IMG/VR virus record: IMGVR_UViG_3300038405_000273
Strand: one strand, 5' to 3'
DNA length: 64,000 bases
From: a virus
The translations under genes and the position numbers were made by a program. A model generated the notes under the pieces. The model had not been told where the DNA came from. It saw only the letters and a list, made by a program, of their open reading frames with translations, and made no database searches. Positions 19,706-29,152 of this stretch are shown piece by piece. How positions within the stretch are numbered: position 1 is the stretch's first letter; each line of letters starts with the position of its first letter.

Positions 19706-20271
19706 CTCTTCCCCTTTCCAGTCTCGTAGACTTTCCCGCGCGGGTCCTCGCCCTCGGCTAGCCGCTTGTCGATCATCGCCCGCACGAGAGAATCCGCGAC
19801 GTTGAACGCGGGGATGCCGAGACGGTTCGCCATCCTGAAGGCGCCGAGCGTTCCGCCGCCCACGGGCTTGTCGGGGTCGAGCGCACCGAGCACCAGGTGT
19901 GCGCCCTCGACAATCATCGCGTTGCGCGCATGCAGTGCTAGTGCCTCTTTCGCCAAGCGCCGTCCGCGCGGATGCGTCTCGAACACCATCTCGAAATAGC
20001 CGGCATGAGAGACGTCATCGGCGCGCAGATGCCGAATAGGATTTCGCCCGTCGATCGCGTGCGCTTCGAAATACTCCCAAGGCAAGCACAGCTCGACCTG
20101 GCGCGGGTCGGCGCGGTTGCCGCCACGCGCCCACGCCTGATCGGCGCCCGGCGCGTTGCCGCTGACGATCTTGTAGCCATGGCGCACGAGCGTCTCACCT
20201 CTCGCCTCCATCCAGTCGAGGATCGGCTTCGGTGTCGTGCGGGCTCCGATACAGGCGATGCGGTTCGTCAT
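19699..20271 (-). CDS. SLOG-superfamily (DprA/Smf-like) protein
   Basis: IACIGAR, IVSGNAPGADQA, HARNAMIV, GGTLGAFRMA motifs. Confidence 0.8.
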   Translation of the reverse strand: MTNRIACIGARTTPKPILDWMEARGETLVRHGYKIVSGNAPGADQAWARGGNRADPRQVELCLPWEYFEAHAIDGRNPIRHLRADDVSHAGYFEMVFETHPRGRRLAKEALALHARNAMIVEGAHLVLGALDPDKPVGGGTLGAFRMANRLGIPAFNVADSLVRAMIDKRLAEGEDPRGKVYETGKGKRW

Positions 20272-20627
20272 GTAGCAGCTCCTCGAAGCGCGAAGCCGCT
20301 GTCGACGAGCGCTGTGATCAGCCCAACAACGTTTGCGCGAACACGCGAACTATTCCAGACTGCTTCCCCTTCCGGCGGGTGGGCATTCCACCACTCCGCC
20401 GCCTGCGTCCACGCGGCGCCGAACTCGTGCATCGGCACAGTATTCTCGCCGGCATCGACGGCGAACTCCATACCGCTACGACGCACCAGCATGTAAACGC
20501 GCGGAGGTGCCGGCCGGATGAAGATCTCGTCGGGGGTGAATCCGAGCCTTCGAAACGCCTCGTGCACGGCCAAGGCTTCGAGAAGGATCGGCGGGATTTC
20601 GGCAGGAGTCATCGGCTTCGCGTCCAA
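20268..20627 (-). CDS. Hypothetical protein
   Basis: 119 aa co-oriented ORF with overlapping start and stop. Confidence 0.65.
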   Translation of the reverse strand: MDAKPMTPAEIPPILLEALAVHEAFRRLGFTPDEIFIRPAPPRVYMLVRRSGMEFAVDAGENTVPMHEFGAAWTQAAEWWNAHPPEGEAVWNSSRVRANVVGLITALVDSGFALRGAAT

Positions 20628-20920
20628 ATAGGCACCGATCGCTTATGCGACCCTGTTCGCTCGCGCTGCACTTCGACCCACCCTCGATTCGGCCGGAACA
20701 CAACACCCATCCAGCGTCTATCTGCTTTGCTTAGCCAATAAGCGAGCTGCGTGTTCGTCTTCGCTTCCGCCTCTAATGCGCTCCATACATCCGTGGCCGA
20801 CACCACGCCGCGTTGCTGACAAATCGACACAGCTACTCTGTAGGCGTGTGCAACCAATGCACCGCGAGCCTGCTGTAAGAGATCTAGTGCTGCGTCGCGC
20901 GCGGCTTCCTCGCTCATCAC
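20609..20920 (-). CDS. Hypothetical protein (possible winged helix)
   Basis: 103 aa co-oriented ORF; VSATDVW...WMGVVF. Confidence 0.65.
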   Translation of the reverse strand: MMSEEAARDAALDLLQQARGALVAHAYRVAVSICQQRGVVSATDVWSALEAEAKTNTQLAYWLSKADRRWMGVVFRPNRGWVEVQRERTGSHKRSVPIWTRSR

Positions 20921-21237
20921 AGCAACCCCTCCAGCGGATCGCCGAGCTTCGCCTTGATCGCGCGCTCACGCCACTCTATCGCTTCGGCGAGGTAGTTCGC
21001 CGCGACTAGCGCCGCCGCTTCGTCGTGCGGCTTGAACGCCAGCGTCGATACGGCCAAGCGCTGCACGGCCATGTACCGTGGCGATGGGTCCTTCCGCACC
21101 TCTTGTCCGTCGACGTACTCGCGATTGATCGCGCCGCGCATGCGTGGTTCGAGCATTGTCCAGTGCATGCGACACACGAACCGGCGAGGCGGGACCGGCG
21201 TTTGACAGTCGTGTGCGTGGCAGAGGTGCGGCGGCAT
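20917..21237 (-). CDS. Cys/His zinc-binding phage protein
   Basis: Start MPPHLCHAHDC; C-x4-C...C-x2-HW motif. Confidence 0.7.
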   Translation of the reverse strand: MPPHLCHAHDCQTPVPPRRFVCRMHWTMLEPRMRGAINREYVDGQEVRKDPSPRYMAVQRLAVSTLAFKPHDEAAALVAANYLAEAIEWRERAIKAKLGDPLEGLL

Positions 21238-21245
21238 CGGGCGGC

Positions 21246-21776
21246 TCAGTGGCGGCGTTGCTCGTCGATCAGCTCGGCGACACGGGGTGGCTGCCAACCC
21301 GGAGGCTTGAGCGTCTTTCCGTCGGGCCGCGTCGCGCCACCTTCCTTGGCGATGTTCGTGCGGTGGACCTCGTCGAAAATCGGCTGGATGTTGACGCCGA
21401 ACTCGATCGCGGTCCCGAACGTCACGTAGAGCAAATCGCAGATGCCGTCGATAGCCTCGACGAGATCGGGCGTCGCAGGCGCGCTCTCTTCGAGGCGCCC
21501 AAGCTTCGAGCGCAGCAGAGCGCGCGTGTTTGTGGTTCCGAGGATGCCGACGACTGTCTCGATAGCCTCTTCGAGAATCAGGGCGGCGCGCAGCTCCGGG
21601 CGTCGAATATCTGGTGTCTCGCCAATCGTGTGGCCGAACTTGCGGTGGAACTCTTCGACCTGCTCCTGCATCCGATTTTTCAATGCGCGCTCCTTTCGCA
21701 TCTCGCGTTTGCCGCCGAACACGGCGTCGAAGTTGTCTCGATACTCTTGCGTCGCAGGTCTCGTCACGATCGACAT
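21246..21776 (-). CDS. MazG-like NTP pyrophosphohydrolase
   Basis: ILEEAIE, EAIDGICDLLYV, EVHRTNIAK, RPDGKTLKP motifs. Confidence 0.88.
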   Translation of the reverse strand: MSIVTRPATQEYRDNFDAVFGGKREMRKERALKNRMQEQVEEFHRKFGHTIGETPDIRRPELRAALILEEAIETVVGILGTTNTRALLRSKLGRLEESAPATPDLVEAIDGICDLLYVTFGTAIEFGVNIQPIFDEVHRTNIAKEGGATRPDGKTLKPPGWQPPRVAELIDEQRRH

Positions 21777-24223
21777 CAGCTCACCTTCTTCCAGTCTGGT
21801 CCCGCTGTCGGCTTCGCGGGGAAACGCATCGGACCGATCGTGCGGTTCATGGCCTTCTCGATGATCTTCTTCACGTCCTCGGCCTCACGCTCAGCGCACT
21901 CGACGACGATCTGGTCGTGGCCGTTGATGATGAGGCCGCGATGGTTGCTGAAGTCGAACGGGTAGGCGCGCACGACGTCGCGGATGGCATCGTTCTGGAG
22001 ATCGGCGCTTGAGCCCTGCACGGGGTGGTTGCCCATCTCTTCTGCTTTCTCTCCGCCGATGAAGTAGCGCTTCCGTTTGTGGTACGCCGTCTCGATGAAG
22101 CCCGTTCGCCGCCACCCGTAAATCAGGTTCTTCTTCCACACAGGGATCGCGGGGTGCAACTTCCACCACGTCTCATACGTCCGCTGGATGTGAGGCAGCG
22201 TGATGTTGGGGAAGAGTGGCTTGAGGTTGTCGTCCCGCATGAGGGAGAGCGTCTGGTAGATCTTCGGCGGCTGCGCGTCGTACGAGAGCGCGTACACGAA
22301 CCGCTTGATGAACGTGCGCACGTCGTCGGTGACTTTGTCGGTCGTCGTGCTGAACACGTCGCACGCGTTGCGGATGTGCACGTCGGGGCCCGTCCCAGCA
22401 TCGAACGCCGCGAACGCCTGGATCAGCGGCTCGTCGTGCGCGAGCAGCGCGATCATGCGCAGCTCGACCGCGCTCATGTCGGCCGCGACGAAGACGTTGC
22501 CAGGGTGTGGAACGAACATCGCGCGCAGCTTCTTGGGAATGTTCTGCGTGTTCGGTTCAGAGCTGCCCCACCGGCCTGAACGCTTCCCAGGCCGCCACAC
22601 GGGGCGCATCCGGCCATCACCGTGCACCGTCGGGCCGCCTTCGAGAAACCCGTCGACGATATGCCCGGTGTACGTGCCGAGGATCTTCTCCGCTTCACGG
22701 CAGCCGAGAATCGCCTGGATGACTTTCCGTGCGCGGTCGTCGACACCGAGCGAGAGCAGCTCCAAGAGCGTCGTCTCGTCCGTCGACGGGTCGCCCGAGT
22801 CCGTCATGTGCTCTTCTAGTTCTGGAAGCCCGAGATCACGATAGAGCAACTGTTGCATCTGTTTCGGCGAGTTCGGGTTCACCTCTCGGCCGGCGACAGC
22901 GACGAACTCACGTAACAGGCGCATCGACCGCTCCTGGTACTCGACGGCGAACTTCCAGCGTGCAGCCGGATCGATACGCACGCCCAGCGTCGACATGGCG
23001 CGGCCGATTCGGAACAGCTCCGCGTCGAGCTGGTAGATATGCCCCTGTGCCGCCGAAATGAGATTGCCCTCGATATACGGCTCGGACAAATACGTCACGG
23101 CGACGTCGAAGCTCAGATACTTGTCGAGGATCTCGTCGCTTCGCACGGTCGAGTGCTTGAACGTGTCCTTCCAGTGAGGCGCGTCGGTGTAGATCGAGCC
23201 GAGGAAGTCCAAGCTGTGCGGAAGCTCGGACGTGAAGCCGATCTGGTGGCCGACCATGGTGTCCGCGCAGCGGTCGTCGGGCAGCGGCATCCCGTGGCGC
23301 CACAGCACGATGGAGTCGAACGCGATGCCGTTGTGGAGCGCCGCGCGCGGCATTCGCTGGAAGTAGGCGGCGATCGCACGAGATTGTGCAGCGATCTCCT
23401 CGGGCGGCAGCATGTAGCGGCCACTGACCGACAGCGGCGAGTAGATCATTACCTCGCGATCCGTGCCGATTCCGATGCGGCGCAGGTTGCACGACCATGC
23501 ATCTTTTCCGTCGGTCTCGACGTCGATTGCTACGCGCGGCCGCTTAACGGCAAGGAAGTTTTCGGCCTCCGCGGCGGTGCGCGGCACGAAGTACCACGGG
23601 TCGCTCCACGTGCTTCCGCCCTGCGACAGCCGCACAGCTTTCTTCACATCCGCGCGAAAGATCGGCCGCATCACACGGCCCTCGTCGCGAAGTACGAAGG
23701 CTGCGTGCGGAGTCGCGATAGCTGGCTTGCCACTCGGCAGCGTAAGCGGCGTGCCGCGCAACTTCATCACGGATGCAGACGAGCCAAGCCCGGCGCCTTG
23801 GACGCTCACGCCGCCCATAAGCAGCACGTACTTCGCGAGCCGCAGCTCGTTTTGCAGCCGCGGGTTGCAGCACTCGACCGGCGTCGGTAGCCCCTGCTTC
23901 TTGAGCTGCCGCGCGTAGCGCTTGTAGTCGCCGCCGTCGGGGTAGCACAAAAAGGTGTTGGTGAAGCCGACCTTCGACATGTCCTGACCGGCCTCTTGCA
24001 GCGCGCGCCGAACTTCTTGCCCCGAAGCGCCGATGAGCGGACGACCCTCCTCGACCTCTTTCGTACCGGGCGCCTCGGCAACGACGAGGAATTCGAAATT
24101 TTCGGGGAGCGTCGGCATCACAGGACCGCGGCCGCAGCCAAGCAACGCGCAGCGCCCGCAGTCGGCCCCCAACATCGCCGCTGCGATGTGCTGGTCGGGA
24201 AGCTGGGACAGAGCCACGGTCAC
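21776..24223 (-). CDS. polA: Family A DNA polymerase with N-terminal family-4 uracil-DNA glycosylase-like domain and 3'-5' exonuclease domain
   Basis: CGRC...AEAPG..E...GRPLIGASG (UDG4), IDVET (exonuclease), EPNTQNIP, DMSAVELRMIA (motif A), KRFVYALSY (motif B), GHDQ (motif C). Confidence 0.95.
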   Translation of the reverse strand: MTVALSQLPDQHIAAAMLGADCGRCALLGCGRGPVMPTLPENFEFLVVAEAPGTKEVEEGRPLIGASGQEVRRALQEAGQDMSKVGFTNTFLCYPDGGDYKRYARQLKKQGLPTPVECCNPRLQNELRLAKYVLLMGGVSVQGAGLGSSASVMKLRGTPLTLPSGKPAIATPHAAFVLRDEGRVMRPIFRADVKKAVRLSQGGSTWSDPWYFVPRTAAEAENFLAVKRPRVAIDVETDGKDAWSCNLRRIGIGTDREVMIYSPLSVSGRYMLPPEEIAAQSRAIAAYFQRMPRAALHNGIAFDSIVLWRHGMPLPDDRCADTMVGHQIGFTSELPHSLDFLGSIYTDAPHWKDTFKHSTVRSDEILDKYLSFDVAVTYLSEPYIEGNLISAAQGHIYQLDAELFRIGRAMSTLGVRIDPAARWKFAVEYQERSMRLLREFVAVAGREVNPNSPKQMQQLLYRDLGLPELEEHMTDSGDPSTDETTLLELLSLGVDDRARKVIQAILGCREAEKILGTYTGHIVDGFLEGGPTVHGDGRMRPVWRPGKRSGRWGSSEPNTQNIPKKLRAMFVPHPGNVFVAADMSAVELRMIALLAHDEPLIQAFAAFDAGTGPDVHIRNACDVFSTTTDKVTDDVRTFIKRFVYALSYDAQPPKIYQTLSLMRDDNLKPLFPNITLPHIQRTYETWWKLHPAIPVWKKNLIYGWRRTGFIETAYHKRKRYFIGGEKAEEMGNHPVQGSSADLQNDAIRDVVRAYPFDFSNHRGLIINGHDQIVVECAEREAEDVKKIIEKAMNRTIGPMRFPAKPTAGPDWKKVS

Positions 24224-24229
24224 GACGAA

Positions 24230-25174
24230 TCACGCGTCGAGAAGCAACCGCTTTGTGTCGCAGCCGAACGTGATGGTTCCGAGTTGCGCTCGCGCGCACG
24301 CATCGAGCAGTGTCTTCGCCATCACGCGATACTGCTCGATGGACAAGCCGCCGCGCATGAGCCGGTAGCGCAACAACAGATACGCCGTCCGCACGGCGTC
24401 GCTCCAGCAGTACGCCTCGACTTTTTGGATGTCGCCGCGATTGAACAGCTCGCGGACTTTCGTGCCGTCGACGGCGCCTTTGCCTGGCAGCCCGATCATC
24501 TGCGTGAGCGTATCGAGGCTGAAGCCTGTTCGCGGGAGCGCGCCGAACTCGGTGAGCGCGTCGAACAGGTCGAGGTGCTGATCGCTATAGCGCTTGCGGT
24601 AGTCACCGTCCGCCCAGCTCTGCGAGATGCCGTGGCGAAGTGCTCGAAGGCTCAACACTGGGACGTCGAACGATCGACCGTTGAACGAGACGACCGTCGG
24701 GTGGTGCTGCTGCACGAATGTGTTCCACGCCGACAGCAGCGCTGCCTCGTCGTCTTTGAAGGTGCTGGTGCCGACACAGCCCATGCCGAGGAGCGCAGGA
24801 GTATCGCCCTCCAGAGACAGCCAGACGTACCCGATCGCGACCACACGATGTGCATAGTGGGGCGGGAACGGATCCTTCGCTTCACCATTTGCCGTTTTGC
24901 GTGGCGCACGTGGTTTGCGCGGCTTCTTGGTGCCCTGCGGCGGGATCGTCAGGGTGAAACCGGCTGCGGGCGTCGTCGGGGCGGCGATGGTGCTCACCTC
25001 GGGCAGCGGCACAGCCTGCAGGATCGGTGCGGCCGGCGGGGGCGGAGCACCGGGCAGCCCGAGCGGCTGCTGGCCGGGAAGCGTTCCGTCTTCGGCCGGA
25101 GGCTCTGTCATCGTTGGCGGCGTCCACAAGGACAAATCGGGCACGGTCTCGATGTCGAAAATCAGGTAGCTCAC
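24230..25174 (-). CDS. DnaQ/PolB-like 3'-5' exonuclease with Pro-rich insert
   Basis: FDIETVP, SFNGRSFDVPVL, YCWSDAV (Exo I-III). Confidence 0.9.
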   Translation of the reverse strand: MSYLIFDIETVPDLSLWTPPTMTEPPAEDGTLPGQQPLGLPGAPPPPAAPILQAVPLPEVSTIAAPTTPAAGFTLTIPPQGTKKPRKPRAPRKTANGEAKDPFPPHYAHRVVAIGYVWLSLEGDTPALLGMGCVGTSTFKDDEAALLSAWNTFVQQHHPTVVSFNGRSFDVPVLSLRALRHGISQSWADGDYRKRYSDQHLDLFDALTEFGALPRTGFSLDTLTQMIGLPGKGAVDGTKVRELFNRGDIQKVEAYCWSDAVRTAYLLLRYRLMRGGLSIEQYRVMAKTLLDACARAQLGTITFGCDTKRLLLDA

Positions 25175-25294
25175 GCAGGTCTCCTTGCAAGGACGTCGAA
25201 CAGCGAAAAGGTTGCCCCGCGGCGAGCGTCTCGAAATCCTCCTCTCGGAGGGTGTACGCTTCGCCCCGCCCGCCGCGGAGGCTTTAGATCGTGC

Positions 25295-26347
25295 TTACTG
25301 CTGCGGATGCCCGCCGGGGAAGCTCGACGCGAGCCCAGCCGCCGTGGGAGGAGGCTGCGGCACGGTGCCGTTCGGTGGTGCGAAACCAGCAGGCGGCTGC
25401 GCGAACGAGAACGGCTGCCCTGGTGCTGGCGGCGCGGGCATGTTCGCCGGAGCAGCCATGGGCGCTTGCGCAGGGGCCTGTGGCATCTGCGGCTGCGGCG
25501 CCGGCGGTGCTCCGAACGAGAAGGCCGCCGGTGCCGTCGGAGCGGGCGCGGGTGGGGCGGCTTGCATCGGAGCCGCGCCAGGTTGCGGCGTCACCGCGGG
25601 CCCGGCCACGGGTGCGAGCGCCATCGGAGCGGCTTGCATCGGAGCCGCGGGGAAGCCGGGCGCTGCGGGAGCGCCAGGGAGCCCGCCGCCTACGCCGACG
25701 CCAGGCAGCCCTGGCGCCGCGGGCGTCCCAGGCAAGCCGCCAAAGCCCGTCGGGACGGCGCCCGGGAGCATGCCGACTTGCCCAGCGCGCGCGCCCGACG
25801 TTTTCGGTCGAGGGGCCCAGCGGTGCTTCCCTTCTTTGATCGCGTTCTCCCACTCGGAGCGCACAGACCAGCCGTCGATGCCGGTTCGCAAGTTGCCGTC
25901 GTTGTCGGTGTACGCGCCAGTCTTCACATACGCGTACTGGTTCGTGAACATGCCGACGGTATAGGCGATCCCTTGCTTCGCGACGTCGAGCGTTCCGTAG
26001 ATCGCGCGCAAGAGGCCACGCCACTGGAACCACGTGTCCTTTTCCGTGTTGCGCGAGTCGGGAAGAAAGCGGTTGAGGATCTTGCCCTTGGCGTCGTCGT
26101 CGTACACTTCGAGCGTGAACCACACGCCGGGTTTGTCGCCAGAGCGCGCCGACTCCTTGATGATCTTGACGCAGTAGTAGCCATCCTTTTCGAGCACATC
26201 CGTTTGCTGGTATGGCTCCCAGTCAAGATCGGGCGGGATGATCATCTGAAACTGCACGGGTGTGGCAGCTTGCGGGGCAGCGCCGGGCATTGTCCCCGGC
26301 ATCATCCCTGCGCTTGGGAAAGGCATTCCGTTGGGTGGCATCGACAT
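25295..26347 (-). CDS. Probable ssDNA-binding protein (DUF669-like) with Pro/Ala tail
   Basis: AAGGAG RBS before MSMPP; beta-rich core DGYYCVKI...VWFTLEV; located next to the AAA_24 gene. Confidence 0.7.
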   Translation of the reverse strand: MSMPPNGMPFPSAGMMPGTMPGAAPQAATPVQFQMIIPPDLDWEPYQQTDVLEKDGYYCVKIIKESARSGDKPGVWFTLEVYDDDAKGKILNRFLPDSRNTEKDTWFQWRGLLRAIYGTLDVAKQGIAYTVGMFTNQYAYVKTGAYTDNDGNLRTGIDGWSVRSEWENAIKEGKHRWAPRPKTSGARAGQVGMLPGAVPTGFGGLPGTPAAPGLPGVGVGGGLPGAPAAPGFPAAPMQAAPMALAPVAGPAVTPQPGAAPMQAAPPAPAPTAPAAFSFGAPPAPQPQMPQAPAQAPMAAPANMPAPPAPGQPFSFAQPPAGFAPPNGTVPQPPPTAAGLASSFPGGHPQQ

Positions 26348-26394
26348 CGGGGTCTCCTTGGTGTGTTGGTTTTTTCCGAAAGCCGTTCGAAAAA

Positions 26395-27180
26395 TCAGAG
26401 GTTCGCGTATGGCGGCTGCCGCGCGCGAAGGAAAGCAGCGAGGTCGGCTGGCACGACGGCTTGCGCAACGCCCTCGCGATTCTTCATTCGCCAGTAGCGC
26501 CAGTCCACGGGCGGCTGCAGCGGGTTCAGCTCCGCCGGCCACGTGTTGCCGCCTGTCCAGTACACACGCATCGGTGGGCGTCCGACCGGTGTGAGGTAGT
26601 CGACGCGCAGCACAGTGTCGAGCTGGCCGTGGTAGTCCTCGATCATCGTCTTCGGCGCGAGAAGTGGGCCACCGAGATAGAAAACGCCGTCCTTCACCGT
26701 GGGGGGCATCGCGTGCGCGATCATCACGCAATGCATACCGAGCATACGGATCCACTCGCGTAGCTGGAACAGCGCGCCTCGCATGGCGACAGGGGTGAGG
26801 TACTTGTTTTTGCTGCTCGCGTTCGCCGCTTCGAGATCCTTGTACATGTTCGCGGTCAGCGTCGAGATCGTGTCGATGATGACGGCGCGATAGCGGCCAC
26901 GCCCATTCTGTCCCAGCCAAGCGATCGTCTCGACCATCTGCTGCCACGTCTTCACGGTCTCTTTCACGTGACCGGGCACGGGCAGTCCGCGCGCGGGGAT
27001 GATCTTCAGCGCGCCGTCTTCGCAAGGGATGAAAAACGCCGAGCACGTATTGCCTGAGCAGAACGCGCGCACAGCGTCGGTGGTCTTCTCACTGCCGGGC
27101 GGTCCGTAGAGCAGCACGTTGGCTGGCAGCGCCGCGATGTTCTGGTAGGCGCTATCGCCTTCGACGATGTCAATTGGCAC
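26395..27180 (-). CDS. AAA_24 / Sak4-like phage ATPase
   Basis: LLYGPPGSEKT P-loop variant, VIIDTIS, CVMIAH. Confidence 0.8.
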   Translation of the reverse strand: MPIDIVEGDSAYQNIAALPANVLLYGPPGSEKTTDAVRAFCSGNTCSAFFIPCEDGALKIIPARGLPVPGHVKETVKTWQQMVETIAWLGQNGRGRYRAVIIDTISTLTANMYKDLEAANASSKNKYLTPVAMRGALFQLREWIRMLGMHCVMIAHAMPPTVKDGVFYLGGPLLAPKTMIEDYHGQLDTVLRVDYLTPVGRPPMRVYWTGGNTWPAELNPLQPPVDWRYWRMKNREGVAQAVVPADLAAFLRARQPPYANL

Positions 27181-27406
27181 GCGTGGGCTCCGTTGGCTGT
27201 GGCGGAGCGAAGGCGTCCTGCGCTGCGTGGAACATGTCGTGCGCCTGATCGTGGAACTCGTGGCAGTCCGTGTGCGTGTTCAGCTTCGTCGCGGCACTGG
27301 CGGCGACTAGTAGCAGCGACTCGACGCACTCGCGCGGGCTGCATCCGCTGCGGTCGGCTGCGCGTGCGAGCTTCGCGATCAGCTGCTCCATCTTCGGCGT
27401 GCGCAT
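27170..27406 (-). CDS. Hypothetical protein
   Basis: Start MRTPKM coupled (TGATG) to the upstream stop. Confidence 0.6.
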   Translation of the reverse strand: MRTPKMEQLIAKLARAADRSGCSPRECVESLLLVAASAATKLNTHTDCHEFHDQAHDMFHAAQDAFAPPQPTEPTRAN

Positions 27407-28284
27407 CACGTCCTCCTCACGTACTGGATCAGCTCGTGGTCCCCATTGGTGCAGATGTCGTAGAAGTCGCATCTCCCATACTTACGGAGGCAACTATCGA
27501 GATTCCTTGGTCTTTTTCGCGGATCCGGCCAGCGCTTTCGCACGTCGCGCATCCGCTCCAGCACGTACGCTGTGTCCTCGCCGAGACGCGCGTACGCCTC
27601 GTGCGAGATCGGCACTTCGAAGCGGCCGAACTTTGCCTCGGGCCACTCGCGCGACATCGCGTTGATCACGACGCGCGAAATGTTGTAGCCAAACAGCCGA
27701 GCGAGCGCGAGCTGCGTGAGCATCTGCCGATCGGCGCGGTAGCTCGTGCCGGTGTGGTTGGAGAGCTTGCTGCCGGTCTTGTTGTCGATCAGCCACAGCT
27801 CGTTTCCGACTTGCGCCATCAAGTCGATTCGCGCGCTGTAAGGCTCGGTGCTGCCGTCGGGCATCGTGAACTGTGAAACAAACTGGTGCTCGACGAGCAC
27901 AGGCTGCCACGGCACGACCATTCCGCGCGCGATCAACGGATCGTAGAACGCACAGTACGCGTCGTAGATGCGAAGAGCTTCCTGCGCGAGGTCAGGGCGG
28001 TCCGCGCCGCAGATCCAGATCGCGTAGCGGCCATCTGGATAGACAAGCCAATCGGGCTTGACAGGAAGAAGCACGCCGTATCGATAGGCGAGGCCGACGT
28101 GCACGAGCGTGCCGACCTTTGTCGCTTCCTTCTCGATCGCAGGGCGCAGGTTCAGCTCGTAGCCGAAGCCTTCGAGTTGTGGGCACAGGTCGAACGCACC
28201 GACGCGGTGGGGGCCTTGGAGTGAGGCGCCTCCGGGCCAAATTGCGTGGCCTGTATTGACGTGGCCAAGATGCGTATCGGGCAT
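27406..28284 (-). CDS. PD-(D/E)XK (Cas4/RecB-like) nuclease
   Basis: CP...GTLVH, ARIDL, LIDNKTG, C-terminal C....CDFYDIC. Confidence 0.85.
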   Translation of the reverse strand: MPDTHLGHVNTGHAIWPGGASLQGPHRVGAFDLCPQLEGFGYELNLRPAIEKEATKVGTLVHVGLAYRYGVLLPVKPDWLVYPDGRYAIWICGADRPDLAQEALRIYDAYCAFYDPLIARGMVVPWQPVLVEHQFVSQFTMPDGSTEPYSARIDLMAQVGNELWLIDNKTGSKLSNHTGTSYRADRQMLTQLALARLFGYNISRVVINAMSREWPEAKFGRFEVPISHEAYARLGEDTAYVLERMRDVRKRWPDPRKRPRNLDSCLRKYGRCDFYDICTNGDHELIQYVRRT

Positions 28285-28895
28285 CAGATGTGACTCCACG
28301 TTTTTCGGTGCACGACGTTGGCGATTGTTTTCTTGGCCACGCCATACTGATTCGCGAGCCACTGTAGTCCAACAACATTCGGTGTGTACGCCTCTCGAAT
28401 GGCTTTGACGTCGACTTCGCGAAGCGTGTTGATCCCGCTCTGCTCGCCGCGCGCCTTTCGTCCTTTCCGGATCTGATCGGCGTTGTTGTCGGCGATGGTC
28501 CCACCGAAGATGTGTGACGGATTAACGCACTGGGGGATATCGCATCGGTGGCAGGCAAGGCGCGACTTCAGCTCACGTCCGTAGTGCATGTAGTACGCGA
28601 GTCGGTGCGCTCTGAACTTTCTGTTGAAAGCCCAAAATTCGCCATACCTGTCTCTATCCGTTCCAGCAAGCCAGAACAAGCAGCTGCTATTCGGCTCCGG
28701 CATCGTATATGCAAAAAAGCGAGCCAGAATCGCGCGTGCCGCTATCTCGTTTGCTAGCTCTTCTCTCGGAGCTAACGCAATTACAGCGTCGACGTAGTCT
28801 ATCGGACCGTCGTAGGTTGCCGCGCGCGCAAGACATCGTGGGCAGAACACGGCCGCGCTAGCTTGGCGGCAACCTGTACACAATGAATGGTGCAC
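28284..28895 (-). CDS. HNH homing endonuclease-like protein with C-terminal HTH
   Basis: CLFW, YGEF, RAHRLAY, CHRCDIPQCVNPSHIFGGTIADNNAD, LANQYGVAKKTI; visibly lower GC. Confidence 0.9.
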   Translation of the reverse strand: MHHSLCTGCRQASAAVFCPRCLARAATYDGPIDYVDAVIALAPREELANEIAARAILARFFAYTMPEPNSSCLFWLAGTDRDRYGEFWAFNRKFRAHRLAYYMHYGRELKSRLACHRCDIPQCVNPSHIFGGTIADNNADQIRKGRKARGEQSGINTLREVDVKAIREAYTPNVVGLQWLANQYGVAKKTIANVVHRKTWSHI

Positions 28896-28900
28896 GCCTT

Positions 28901-29152
28901 TTACTCTCCTTCGATAGGCGGTGGGTTGGCGGTCATTCGACGCCCCTCTTTGCTCGACGGCTCGATGGCTCGATCGCCGATCAAGTCGCGGAGCCCCTTG
29001 GCGACGATGGCGAGCGGTGTGTTTCCGCCGAACGCCTTCGCCCACTTCACTGCAGTGAGCTGCATTCGATTGATGCCGTTGACGAGATCATCCCGTTCTT
29101 TTTTCAAGGCTTTGATCACGGCCTCGAACGCAGCTCGCTCCTCGTCGTCCAT
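28901..29152 (-). CDS. Hypothetical coiled-coil protein
   Basis: GGAG RBS; 83 aa. Confidence 0.65.
   Translation of the reverse strand: MDDEERAAFEAVIKALKKERDDLVNGINRMQLTAVKWAKAFGGNTPLAIVAKGLRDLIGDRAIEPSSKEGRRMTANPPPIEGE

Noticed and set aside
23996-27046. Long ORFs 23996..26497(+) and the 5' extension of 25295..27046(-)
   Set aside because: Antisense or out-of-frame shadows of well-supported minus-strand genes; a strong RBS supports the start at 26347
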